Shown here: piece by piece, positions 48,809 through 61,459 of the stretch
Layout of the letters: each line of letters begins with the position of its first letter
Position numbering within the stretch: position 1 is the stretch's first letter
NCBI RefSeq assembly: GCF_004010195.1
Contig: NC_057719.1
Coordinates: 24,808,750-24,872,749, forward strand
DNA: 64,000 nt
Direction of reading: 5' to 3'
From: Chiloscyllium plagiosum
Lineage: Eukaryota
Made by a program: the position numbers and the translations under genes
The notes under the pieces: generated by a model
Told to the model about the DNA's origin: nothing
The model's database searches: none
Seen by the model: the letters and a program-made list of their open reading frames with translations, nothing else

Positions 48809-49407
48809 TTTGAGTAAAGGAGTTTGGATGTCATGTTGAGGTTGTACAGGATGTTGGTGAGGTTTCTTTTGGAGTACTGTGTTCAGTTCTGGTCTCCCTG
48901 TTACAGGAAGGATATTATTAAACTGGAGAGGGTTCAGAGAAGATTTACTAGGATGTTGCTGTGATTGGAAGGTTTGAGTTATCGGGAGAGGCTGGATAGG
49001 CTGGGACTTTTTTTATTGGAGCTTGGGAGGTTGAGGGGTGACCCTATTGAGGTTTCTAAAATCATGAAGGGAACAGATAAGGTGAACGGCAAATGTCTTT
49101 TCTCTATGGTGGGGGATTTCAAGACTAGGAGTACATTTTTAAGGTGAAAGGAGACAGATTTAAAAAGGAGATGACAGGCAACTTTTTTTTATAGCGAGTG
49201 GTTCATTTGTGGAATGAACTTCCAGAGGAAGTGGTAGATGCAGGTACTGTCACAACATATAAAAGACATTTGGATAAGTACATGAATAAGAAAGGTTTGG
49301 AGGGATATGAGTCAAGCGCAGGCAAGTGGGACTAGTTTAGTTTGGGATTAGGGTCAGCATGGGCTAGTTGGACCGAGGGGTCTGTTTCCATGCTCTATGA
49401 ATCTATA
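48809..49407 (+). mobile_element. CR1 LINE 3' fragment
   Basis: EGLSYRERLDRLGLF; tail CTCTATGAATCTATA. Confidence 0.85.
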
Positions 49408-49561
49408 AATACATTTCTGATCCTGACCAGACAATCAAATGATACAGAGAAGGCATTTAGTTTTTCCTAATAGGGGTTGAAAAAATAAAAAAACACACAA
49501 AAATATGTCACCAGAAGATAATGATTTCACCAAAATGTTAAAAACATTTTTGATTAACCAG

Positions 49562-50040
49562 GAAACATAGAACATAGATCAGTATAGCACAGTACAGGCC
49601 TTCAGCCTTTGATGTTGTACTGACCTGTTATCCTACTCTAAGATCAAACTAACCTACACTCACCCTTCATTTTACAATCATCCATGTGCTTATAAGGGAG
49701 TCGCTAAATGGCCCTAATGTATCTGGCTCTACTACCACTGCTAGCAGTGCATTCCACACACCCACCACTCTCTGTGTAAAGAACCTATTTTTGACACCTC
49801 CCCTAAAACTTCCTCCAATCACCTTAAAATTAAGACCCCTCATGACAGTCATTCCCACCCTGGGAAAAAGTCTCTGTCTATCCACTCTATTTATGCCTCT
49901 TATCATCTTGTACACCTGTATCAATTCACCTCTTATCCTTCTTTGCTTCAATGAGAAAAGCCCGAGCTCCCTCGACCTTTCTTCATAAGACATGCCCTCC
50001 AGTTCAGGCAATATCCTGGTAAATCTCCTCTGCACCCTCT
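49562..50040 (-). mobile_element. CR1 LINE 3' fragment (different subfamily)
   Basis: QRRFTRILPELEGMSYEER...FFTQRVVGVWN. Confidence 0.8.
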
Positions 50041-50140
50041 CCTGAAGCTAGGGATTTTCAAAAACTTTTAAGAAAGCAATACACTTTCTCAATTGTTCAC
50101 ATCAAAATTGGTGGGCTGCAACAAAGAAACTAATTATGGC

Positions 50141-50535
50141 AGGTTTGATTAAACAACTATAACAATTTTTTTAAAATGGGGACTGATATGAGTTAATTAG
50201 CTTCATGGATTCCTCAGAGTTCTTAATCATCGAAGTAATTTTCGGGTAAATACATTAAATGCTATTTGAGGTGTAGACATTATACTTTGCATCAGAGGGA
50301 TTACAAATGCAGAAATGAAAACTTTAAAAATTAATTTAGGTTTGATTAAACAACTATAACAATTTTTTTAAAATGGGGACTGATATGAGTTAATTAGCTT
50401 CATGGATTCCTCAGAGTTCTTAATCATCTGAAGTAATTTTCGGGTAAATACATTAAATGCTATTTGAGGTGTAGACATTATACTTTGCATCAGAAGGATT
50501 ACAAATGCAGAAATGAAAACTTTAAAAATTAATTT
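50141..50535. repeat. Direct tandem duplication of a 197-bp unique AT-rich segment
   Basis: Copies start at 50141 and 50338; one substitution and one 1-nt indel apart. Confidence 0.9.
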
Positions 50536-50679
50536 AAATAATAATTTTCACTTATGTATCATTTTAACAAAACAAATTATTTACAGGAGTATAATTAAGG
50601 AAATATTGATGTTGAGCCACATGATGTACTCAAATAAATGACTAAATGCTTAACCATTTGAAAATATTAGAAATGATAG

Positions 50680-53410
50680 TAAAAGTTTCTTTCAATAAAT
50701 AAGGAACAAACGAGAGGCAAAAGTAGAAATTGGGCCACTCTAAATTGATGCAGGAAGGCTCGTGATGGGAGATAAGGAACTAGCTGAAGAACTTAATAAA
50801 TACTTTGTGTCAGTCATCACAGTGGAAGATGTGAATAATATCCCAACAATTAAGGAGAGTCATAGAGATGTACAACATGGAAATAGACCCTTCGGTCTAA
50901 CCTGTCCATGCCAACTAGATATCCCAAACTGATTTATTCCCACCTGCTAGCACCCAGCCCATGTCCCTCCAAACCCTTCTTATTCATATACCCATTCAAA
51001 TGCCTCTTAAATGTTGCAATTGTACCAGCCTCCACCACGTCCTCTGGCAGCCCATTCCATACACGTACCATCCTCTGCGTGAAAAGGTTGCCCCTTATGT
51101 CCCTTTTATATCTTTCCCCTCTCACCCTAAACCTATGCCCTCTAGTTCTGGACTCCCCCAACCCAGGGAAAAGACTTTGTTTATTTATCCTGTCCATGCC
51201 CCTCATACATTTGTAAACCTCTATGAGGTCACCCCTCAGCCTCCGACACTCCAGGGAAAACAGCCCCAGCCTGTTCAGCCTCCCCCCATAGCTCAAATTC
51301 TCTAACCCTGGCAACATCCTTGTAAATCTTTACTGAACCCTTTCTAATTTCACAACATCCTTTGATAGGAAGGAGATCAGAATTGCACGCAATATTCCAA
51401 CAGTGGCCTAACCAATGTCCTGTACAGCTGCAACATGACCTCCCAACTCCTGTACTCAATACTCTGACCAATAAAGGAAAGCATACCAAATGCCTTCTTC
51501 ACCATCCTTTCTATCTGCGACTCCACTTTCAAGGATCTATGAACCTGCACTCCAAGTTGTCTTTGTTCAGCAACACTCTTTGGTCCTTACCATTAAGTGT
51601 ATAAGTCCTGCTAAGATTTGCTTTCTCAAAATGCAGCACCTCGCATTTATCTGAATTAAACTCCACCTGCTACTTCTCGGACCCACTGGTCCATCTGTTC
51701 AAGATCCTGTTGTAATCTGAGGTAACCCTCTTCGCTGTCCACTACACCTCCAATTTTGGTGTCAAGGGGCAGAGTTGAGTTTGGTGGCCATTACAAAGGA
51801 GAAAGTACTTGAAAAGCTAAAAGGTCTAAAAATTGATAAATCTCCTGGCCCGAATGGGCTACATCCTAGAGTTCTGAGGGGGGTGGCTGAAGAAATAGCA
51901 GAGGCATTGGTTGTAATCTTTCAAAAATCACTGGAGTCAGGGAAAGTCCCAGATGATTGGAAAATCACTGTTGTAACCCCTTGTTCGAGAAAAGATCAAG
52001 ACAAAATATGGAAAATTATAGGCTGATAAGCCTAACCTCAGTTGTAGGTAAAATTCTAGAATCCATCATTAAGGATGAGATTTCTAAATTCTTGGAAGTA
52101 CAGGGTCGAATTAGAACAAGTCAGCATGAATTTAGTAAGGGGAGGTCGTGGCTGACAAACCAGTTAGAATTCTTTAAAGAGGTAACAAGTAGGTTAGACC
52201 AGGGAAACCAATTGGATGTTATCTACCTAGACATCCAAAAGGCCTTTGATAAGGTGCCTCTCGGGAGGGTGCTGAGTAAGGTGAGGGCCCATGGTGTTCG
52301 AGGTGAGTTACTGGCATGGATTGAGGATTGGCTGACAGACGGCAGAGAGTTAAGATAAAAGGTTCTTTTTCAGAATGGCAGCTGGTGACAAGTGGTGTCC
52401 TGCTGGCCTCAGTGTTGGGGTCGGAGCTGTTCACTTTATGTATAAATGATATGGACAAAGAGACTGGGGGCATTCTGGCGAAGTTCACCGACGATACAAA
52501 GTTAGGTGGACAGGCACGTAGTTCTGAGGAGGTGGGAAGGCTACAGAATGATTTAGAGAGTTTTGGAGAGTGGTGGAAGAAATGGCTGATGAAATTCATA
52601 GAGAGCAAATGCGAGGTCTTGAACTTTGGAAAAAAGGACACAGGCATGGACTATTTTATAAATGGTGAGAAAATTCATAAAGCCAAAACACAAAGGTATC
52701 TGCGAATGGTAGTACAGGATTCTCCAAAGGTTGACTTGCAGGCTGAGCCTGTGGTTAAGAAAGCAAATGTAATGTTGTTATTTATCTTAAGGGGGTTGGA
52801 ATGTAAAAGCAGTGATGTGCTACTGAGACTTTATAAAGCTCTGGTTAGGCCCCATTTGGAATACTATGTCCAGTTTTGGGCCCCACACCTTAGGAAGGAC
52901 ATACTGACACTGGAGCGTGTCCAGCGGAGATTCAACGGATGATCCCTGAAATGGTAGGCTTAACATTTGATGATCGGCTGAGGATCCTGCAATTGTATTC
53001 AATAGAGTTTAGTAGGTTGAGGGGAGATCTAATAGAAACTTACAAGACAATGCTTGGCTTAGAAAGGTTAGACACTGGGAAATTGTTTCCGTCAGGCAGG
53101 GATATGAGGACCCGTGGGCACAGCCTTAGAATTAGAGGGGGTCAGTTTAGAACGGAAATGAGGAGACATTTCTTCAGCCAGAGAGTGTGGGCCTGTGGAA
53201 TTCATTGCCACGGAGCGCAGTGGAACCGGGATGTTAAATGTCTTCAAGGCAGAGATTGATAAATTCTTAATCTTGTAAGGAATTAAGGGATACGGGGAGA
53301 GTGCAGGTAAATGGCATTGAAATGCCTATCAGCCATGATTGAATGGCGGAGTGGATTCGATGGGATGAATGTCCTTACTTCCACTCCATTTCTTATGGTC
53401 TTATGGTCTA
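50680..53410 (+). mobile_element. CR1 LINE ORF2/3' end (second subfamily), interrupted by a younger CR1
   Basis: KSPGPNGLHPRVL, IQKAFDKVP, FTDDTK, TRGHSL; tail CTTATGGTCTTATGGTC. Confidence 0.85.
50863..51760 (-). mobile_element. Young CR1 3' fragment nested in an older CR1
   Basis: Closely similar to 8000-8890; GTCA at both junctions (50859-50862/51761-51764). Confidence 0.9.
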
Positions 53411-53712
53411 ACCAAAGAAGTAAGTTTTAATGAGGATCTTAAAGGAGCAGGGGTTTATAGGTGGAGAAATTTAGGGAGGGAATTGAAGAACTTAGGGCCT
53501 AGGACTGAGCTGAGGACAAAAATGAACCAAAAGTTTAAGACGGAACAGCATAAGTGTAAATGTTTTGAACTGATTAATTATAAACCATGCACTTTTTTCT
53601 GAAGTGGTTAAGCCTATTGGTATAGTATAACTATAATTAATCAAATAAGGCAGAATATGTATTCGTATTTCATTGGGAAGATCAATTTTTAAGGATTAAT
53701 ATTATTGATTAC

Positions 53713-53942
53713 CTGACTACTGATTCCACGGTACAGACTAGCTCTTCTGCACCACACTCTCTAGTGTTCATTGGAGGGGGTGAAGTCTGGTACAGGTGAG
53801 TCTCCGCAGCAGCACCAATCTCACTGCTGTGGTGATTGTAATGACACCTTTTGCAATAACGCACTGGTTTGTTTCCATGACGACCACAGCATCCTGCTGA
53901 GAAGCAGGTAACAATGGCTCTCCTAACGTGCGAGCTACAATT
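53713..53942 (-). CDS. UNC79: UNC79 exon, Cys/His-rich: NCSSHVRRAIVTCFSAGCCGRHGNKPVRYCKRCHYNHHSSEIGAAAETHLYQTSPPPMNTRECGAEELVCTVESVV(S)
   Basis: 230 nt, cataag|AAT ... GTC AG|gtaatc, phase 0/2; not captured in frame by the ORF track. Confidence 0.95.
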
Positions 53943-54239
53943 CTTATGGGGAACAAGACTTTCATGTTAGTTAAAAGAGCCACAAGTTCAATTTTTTTAA
54001 TACTAGAAAGTATTCTTTAGGCTTTCAAAATGCTAAACTTTCAAACAACACTTTCCAGCAGATCAATAATTTTGGATGAGTTCTAATATCTTCTTTCCTG
54101 TTGATGAAACATTAAAGATCCTTAAAATTAATATCTGCTTGCAATATTTTAAAATGCCATTTGGTGTTAGTTGTACTTTCAGACAGCCCAATTAGGTACT
54201 GGCCAAACTCAGCAGCAGTCTAGCCAAGGCAGTGTACAC

Positions 54240-54435
54240 AATAAAAAATAGCAGCATCTGTAAACTGAGAAAATCAGTCAACATTTCAGAATTACGTTCT
54301 TACAGTTCTGATGAAAGTTAAATAAACTTGAAATCTTAGCTGGTTTTCTCTGTACAACCTATGACTGATGTGCTGAATGGTTCCAGCATTTTCTATTTTT
54401 TTCAGATTTCCAGTATTCCAAAGTGTTTTGCTTCT
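54240..54435. mobile_element. Highly degenerate family A pLTR element
   Basis: TCTGATGAAAG...TTGAAATCTTAGC followed by family A-like GCTG...TCCAGCATTTTCT...CAGATTTCCAG. Confidence 0.45.
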
Positions 54436-56093
54436 AAGTTAGTGCGTGTTTTAAGTCAGATTTGTTTCCAGCTTGCCAACCTAATTTTCTTCATCAAAAA
54501 GAAAAAGGATCCTGGATTTATAATTATCCTATAAATTAACACATCTTCACATTTCGTGTTCTCAACAACAGAATCAATAGAAAACTGAAGCCTTGGTGAA
54601 GTTAAATTTAAAAACACAATTGCAAGACTAAATGCTAAAACTCATATAAATGTATTTTCAATCTCAAGTTACCTTCTCTCTTCATCCTGTTAAGGTAAAC
54701 AAAATATGTCAGGGTATTTAAAGGCAAGTGAAAGTTCCCTCTCCATTTAATGCAACTCAAATTACCTTTCAAAGCACTCAAAAATCAACAACTCCATTGA
54801 GAGCAGTCCTCTTTAGCATCTTCTTCGATCCAAAATAGACATAATCAGGATACCATGAGGTACCAAATGTAAGTAACTCCATGAACAACTAAGATTTGGA
54901 GTGTAATAATTTAAACCGTAAACAAGCTGGCCAGATTGTTACTGGTGTATAATGTCACCAGTGCAGCTCCAGATATTCTATTCTAATTTTACTATTCTAT
55001 CTATCTCCAAGGAACCATCAAATACTCTGAATCATGTAAGTTTGCTTAATGAAATAATTCATAGGAAAAGCTGCCAGGTGCTCCTTTTCCATGCAGTTTA
55101 ACTTGAATTTATTTTATAGTGAGTTAAAACAAATCAACTATATTTTGATTTTAGAGCTAAAAGGGGAGAACAAGGATGCTGCTCGGACAAATCAAAATGG
55201 TTTGGTTGGATATTTGCATCAACTGGTCAGGATGTATCCTGTGGTCGATACCGATCAGTTGATGCAAATATACAATCAAACTACTTTTTTTTTGTCCGAG
55301 CAACATTCTTGTTCTTCCCTTTTAGCTCTAAAATCAAAAATATGTTGTTGTTTTTTACCCACTGTGAAATTAATTCCAGTTAAACTGCAGAAAAGAGCTG
55401 ATAAATTTAGTACCTTACAGGAGACATTGGACATTGGATCACAGCTTTGCTGACCCATCCCCGTTTGCATTGTGACCCCTACATTCTCTGGTCATTGCTC
55501 CTCACTTAATGATGTGAAATCACTTCAAAAACATTTACTTAGAAGTTGATGTTAGTTGTTGATAATGCATCCGAAGTAAAACAAATCAAGTGATCTGAGC
55601 GATTTATGAAATAAGTAAAGAAATAGATTATCACCAAAAGGAGTAGAGTTCCTTAATGTTATTTGCACCAACTAGAAAAAGTACAATCTTACTACAAATA
55701 ATGAAAGGAAATTTACTGTCCTTCCATTCTACCCTCCCTCACCATCCTCTATAAATGGAAAACAAGCAGTCAGTACAAAAAAACTTTAAGATTATGCTCT
55801 GTTGGTGAAAATAAACAAACGTTTTAACATTATTGGTTTATCAATGTGTCATTTAAAAATGGCACAATTCTTCATTGCTTCAATTTTTCCTACAGTGAGG
55901 TTTTTATGGTTATGGTATTTCTCAATATTTCCTGATGGGGAAGAAAGGTAATCAGAAGGGAAATTTGAATAGTTCCATTCCCAGGCTACTTCAAATGCTC
56001 ATTTCCATGACAGCCCTTTTAGAAAAGATGACATATCAATTTGGTTTGTTGCACTGTCTGTCACGAAGATAATTTTTTTTGATAAATAGACAT

Positions 56094-56731
56094 CATAGAT
56101 AGTGAAGAAGGCTTTTGGTATGCTTGCCTTTATTGATCAGTGCATTGAGTACAGTATAGGAGTTGGGAGGTCATGTTGCAGCTGTACAGGATATTGGTTA
56201 GGCCAATTTTGGAATACTGCATGCTGTTCTGATCTCCCTGCTATAGGAAGGAAATTGTGAAACTTGAAAGGTTTCAGAAAAGAATTACAAGGATGTTGCC
56301 AGGGCTGGAGGGTTTGAGCTATCGAGAGAGGCTGAATAGGCTGGGGCTATTTTCCCTGGAGCATCAGAGGCTTAGAGGCCACCTTATAGAGGTTTATGAA
56401 CTCATGAGGGGTAAATATACAAGGTTCTTTCCCTGGGGTGGCAGGAGTCCAAAACTAGAGAGCATAGGTTTAAGGTGAGAGGGAAAAGATTTAAAAGGGA
56501 CCTAAGGGGCAACTTTTTCACACATATTTGGAATGAGCTGTCAGAGGAAGTGGTGGAGGCTGGTACAATTACAACATTTAAAAGGCATTTGGATGGGTAT
56601 ATGAATAAGAAGTGTTTAGTGGGATAAGGGCCAATTACTGGTAAATGGGATTAGATTTATTTAGGATATCTGGTCGGCATGGATGAGTTGGACCGAAGGG
56701 TCTGTTTCATGCTGTACATTTCTATGACTCA
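56094..56731 (+). mobile_element. CR1 LINE 3' fragment
   Basis: LERFQKRITRMLPGLEGLSYRERLNRLGLF; ends TCTATGACTC. Confidence 0.85.
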
Positions 56732-58819
56732 ATGGTGGGTGGTGGGAGCACTGCAAGGTAAGAGTCCCAGCAAACAGTAGATTTTCTAGATTTATAGCTG
56801 TCCTTTGAAAATACACTTACACCTCTTTTTGGAATTTTAGTTTTAATAGTGGTTTTAAATTTAATCTCACCAAGACTTTAATTGTCTATTGATTCAACTT
56901 TAGTTGAGGGTTATAGGTTGCTTCTAAATCTAGGATCCCTCTTCCTCTTGGTGAAGAAAATTAAACTTACAAGCTGGAAACAAACCTGACTCCATCACAC
57001 ACACTAACAAGACACAATGTAAAACTGGAAATCAGCAGTTTGTGGATATGTGGGGAAGTTGGTGAATACATTATGCATCACAGGAAAACAAATAGCAATA
57101 TCAATATAATGGAATATTTCCTCTTTTTTGCATCAGAGTCATGATAAATTATGCAAAAGGAAATACAATGAAATTATTTTTGAAAATAGCAATAGCACTT
57201 ATTAAAAATTTAACAAAAGAATCAATAGCCACTATTATATGATTATTTATTCAAATAACTTGCAGATCCTATACCAACATTTCAAAGTGATTTAGGGGTG
57301 CTATGAATACAAGAAACTGAGCGCAAAAAGAGAACAGGAATCTTCATATCATATCAAGACATGTATTGATAGACAGGATTACAACATCTGTTATTTGTGG
57401 CTATTCTATATCCTAGTACAATGGATATGCAAATACCAAAAACATTGAGGAGAATCCTTTGGAGGAAAAGCCTTGGATTGACAAACATATCTCATCAATA
57501 TTAAATTCCTTTCTCTTAAAGGATATAACTGCACTAAATGCATCTCTTTGATGTTGAATAATACGAAGCAGTAATTGAGATAAATTCTGCTATTATGCCA
57601 ATGTAGCCACACATTAATCACAAATATCTCCATTAAAAAAGTATAATTTGGCTCATCCTTGGATATTATTAGAATACTCAGAAAACTAGATTTAACATTC
57701 AAGTTAATCAGTATGGTCTAAGTTGAATTTAAAATTACACATTCACAATGTACGATTAATTAATTTTGTTTATCTTGCGTATTTACTTCAATACTATATT
57801 TTAAATGCTTTTTTGTAAAAATGCCAATGAAAACTTTACTTTTCAAAGAAAGGATTATAATTTAAAATTAAATGTATTTAACAAGTTAACAAAAAAAGGA
57901 ATAGAAAGTTTTTCAGTTGGAGAATGATCAGTACAAAATCAAATAGTCATTGCGTTGCATTTTCGGCATGAGGTAAAACTAACAGCATATTTTTGTAGAG
58001 CTAGCGATTTTTTATGATTCCTTCTTTTTTATCACAAATGATATTTAGTTATCATTTTACCAAATGTAATTAACTTCTCAAACAGCTTGTCACTGCACAA
58101 TTTCACACAATTTCAATAAATAAGTTACTGCTTCATAAAACAGTACACCATAACGGTGACATGATAGAAGATAATTGTATTCAACATAATGTGCATTTAT
58201 TCTCTATTCAAATCAGTGGCTAATATAATTTTTAAATGTTTTACAAGCTGGGCTAGCTAAGTAATTAATTTTCATTCTGCAAGACAAACTGAATGGTAAA
58301 TACTGAAAGCAAAATACAGAAACATCAACAAGAAGCACAAGAAAGGCACATATTTGACATTTTCAACTCAATGAAGAACGCACATCTAGCTTCTTTAGAG
58401 GCCTAATGCTTGTATAACCAGCCACAGTGTAAGGGCACTGATGATTTGTTAGCAACATTGACCATGATTGCAATTAAGATTTTCAATGCTTCAAGCATTA
58501 TAGTGGACAGCAATGTTAAATGAATTGCATCAAACAATTATTGCAATATTTGAGTTGCATCTAATTCTAAAACCAAGGGCTGAATTATATTAGCATTGCA
58601 AATTGGGAAAAAACATTTTTTTTTCCTATGGGAAGAACAAAAACATCTATTCCTTCAATTCCCTTTGGTCACTATTTACAAGAAGGGTTAAGAACAACAA
58701 CAAAGACTTATTTTTGTTGTAGACCCTTGTATTGTAGTAAAGCACCAAAGATATTTTACCAAAATATTTCAAAACAAACAACAAACTAAGAATGATATTA
58801 GGAGAAATTAGAGTTTTTT

Positions 58820-59755
58820 TTGTTTATTCATTCAAAAGAATAAATGGCCAGGCCAGCATTTTGTGCTCATACATAATTGTCCCTTATAAGGGTGGTGGTC
58901 AGCTGCCTTTTTCAACCACTGGAGTTCTTAGTGTGTAGGAACACCCACAATGTTATTAGGAAGGAAGTTCCAAGGTATTGACTCAACGATGGTAAAGGAA
59001 TGGCAATATAGCTCCAAGTCAGGATGATATGTGATTGGAGCAGAAGTTGCTGCTGGTGGTGTTCTTATGCATCTGCTGCCCTTCCCTTTTCAAGTGCTAA
59101 AGCCTGTAGGTTTGCTGTTGTAAGAAATTGGTGAATTGTTGTAGTGCATCTTGTAAGCGGTATATGCTGTTGCCACTATCCATTAGTGATGGACGGGGTA
59201 TCAATGAAATGGATTGCATTGTCTTGGATGGTGTCGAACTTAATGTGTGTTTTTGGACGAAGTTAAAAGTGTTTTTGGAGCTACACTCATCCAGGACAGT
59301 GGAGAGTATTCCATCACAGTCCTGACTCATGCCCTGTAAACGGTGCTCAACCATCGGGGAAACAGGAAATAAGTTTCTCGCCCAGAATTCATGGCCTCTA
59401 ACCCGCTCTTGCAGCTATCATATGTGTATGGATGGACCAGTTCAGTTTCTGGTCAATGGTAACCCCCAGAATGTGGACAGTGGGAGATTCTGCAATGTTA
59501 AACCCAACAAAAGCTCAGGGACACTGATTAGATTCTCTCTTATTGGTGATGATGTGGAGGAGCTGCGGTTCTACTGCGGGTGGACAAAGTCAAAAATCAC
59601 ATAATACCAGGTTATAGTCCAACAGATTTATTTGGAAGCACTAGCTTTTGGAGTGCTGTTCCTTCATCAGGTCTAGTGCTACTAAATAAACCTGGTGTTG
59701 TGTGATTTTTAACCTTATTGGTGATGGTCATTGTCTGGTACTTGAACAGCATGAA
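58820..59755 (-). mobile_element. LINE 3' fragment (same family as 28140-28822), with nested family B element
   Basis: Reverse-complement similarity including the tail. Confidence 0.6.
59552..59713. mobile_element. Family B mini-PLE with truncated second arm
   Basis: 13-bp TSD CTTATTGGTGATG (59539-59551/59714-59726). Confidence 0.8.
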
Positions 59756-59925
59756 TGACAACAAAAAGCATGATCAAAGGTTGGTTTTAAGAAAGTTTTA
59801 AAGAAGGAAAGGTACAGAAGCACAGATCTGTTGAGTATCCCAGAGCTTTGGGCATTGACAACTGAAGGCGAACCAATCAATGGTGGAGTAATTAAAATCA
59901 GGTATGTTTAGAAGGCCAAAGTTAG

Positions 59926-60137
59926 AGGAGGAGAAAGTGAGAACTGCAGATACTGGAGATCAGAGTCGAGAGTGTGGTGCTGGAAAAGCCTCAGCAGGTC
60001 AGGCAGCATCCGAGGAGCAGGAGAATCAATGTTTCGGGCGTCAGCCCTTCATCAGGAATCTTGCCCGAAACATCAATTCTCCTTCTCCTAAGATGCTGCC
60101 TGACTTGCTGTGCTTTTCCAGCAACACACTCTTGACA
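59926..60137. mobile_element. Family A fold-back mini-PLE (diverged arms)
   Basis: Same head GAGAAAGTGAG..CTGCAGAT as 1010 and 61528; minus-strand core CTGATGA-AGGGCTGACGCCC-GAAAC at 60031-60055. Confidence 0.75.
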
Positions 60138-60174
60138 AAGGACGAGTGCAGATATATACGATGCATATTCTGAT

Positions 60175-60470
60175 GGAATCGAAAAGTGTGGTGCTGGAAA
60201 AGCACAGCAGGTCAGGCAGCATCCAAATAGCAGGAGAGTCGTATCAGGCATAAGCTCTTCATCTGGAATTGGGGGGATGGTAGCTGGGAAGGCGATAGGT
60301 CAGTACAGGTGGGGGGTAGGTGGTGATAGATCCGAGGGAGGGTAGAATGGACAGGTGGGAATGTACCTGTCCATCTTCCTTCCCACCTATCCACTCCACC
60401 CTCCCCTCCAACCTATCACGCCCACCTGTATCTATCTATCGCCTTCCCAGCCACCTTCTCCTCCATCCCC
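60175..60470. mobile_element. Longer family A pLTR fragment with internal imperfect inversion
   Basis: Family A arm, then GCTGGGAAGGCGATAG...ACAGGTGGG mirrored by CCCACCT...CTATCGCCTTCCCAGC. Confidence 0.65.
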
Positions 60471-61459
60471 AAGGGGCATCATGTAGTGGGCCAAGGATAG
60501 ATCATCAAGGGATGCAAGGGAAGGAAGAGACACCATTGCAAGTGATTTTCTGGCAATGAGTAGGCAATTAAAAATGGAACGAGGTGAAAGCAGTCCCACA
60601 AAAGTGGAGAATCAGGACGTCTTATGGTGTTGTGATAGTCTCCCTACCCCTGGACTAGGAAGCCTGGATTCAAGTCCCACCTGCTCCAGAGGTGAATAAT
60701 AACATTTCTGAATGGGTTCATTAAGAAAATCTGGTTAAATAAAAATATAATCAGAAGTGGAGAATCATTCAACGAGGTTGATGTGATCAACTGTGCAAAG
60801 GTTGCAGACAGACCAAAAGGGAAAGCTTACTTTTGTCACACTACCATAGGATATAACTTGTGCTTTTGATGAGAGCTGTTTTGGTATTGTGGCAGCTGAT
60901 TTAATTCAAACATGGAGTTCCAGGAAAATTGGAAATGGATTTGGGAGGCGGGTACATGACTTTGGAGATTGTATGGCAATTTTAAAGAATGGTGAGGTCA
61001 AGAGTTGTTTTTTGAGGCGTGATGACAATACACTTAAAGGATAGGGGTACAAGACCTGAAGAAACAAAATCATTTATAACATCTGAATCAGGAGGGAAGC
61101 TCATCTGTACTTTAAGCAGGTATGGTTTAAGGGAGTGATTTCTGAGATTCATGGATAACATGAGCTTGGAAATGGCACAAGAGGAGAAAAACTGTAGAAA
61201 GATTTAAATTCAGGGCTAGAGCATTGCGTGCATTATGGGATATTTGGCCCAGTGTGCTGGTAGAAAGGAGAGATGCAGCAGAGGCAGCTGAGTGGATTGT
61301 CCTGACATTCGTGAGGAAGTCCATGAGCATCCATTATTGCTGGAGGTGAAGGTGAGGGGAATCGGAGGAGAGAAGTTTTAGAGAATGTTTTACAGTAAAT
61401 GAAACTTAGAGGTTACTTTTGCATTCCAGGTTAATCCTAGAACATTGAGCATTTTTTAA

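Noticed and set aside
54673..54690. AG...GT-bounded 14-nt segment as an extra microexon
   Set aside because: Frame-breaking, and flanking UNC79 exons already join without a gap
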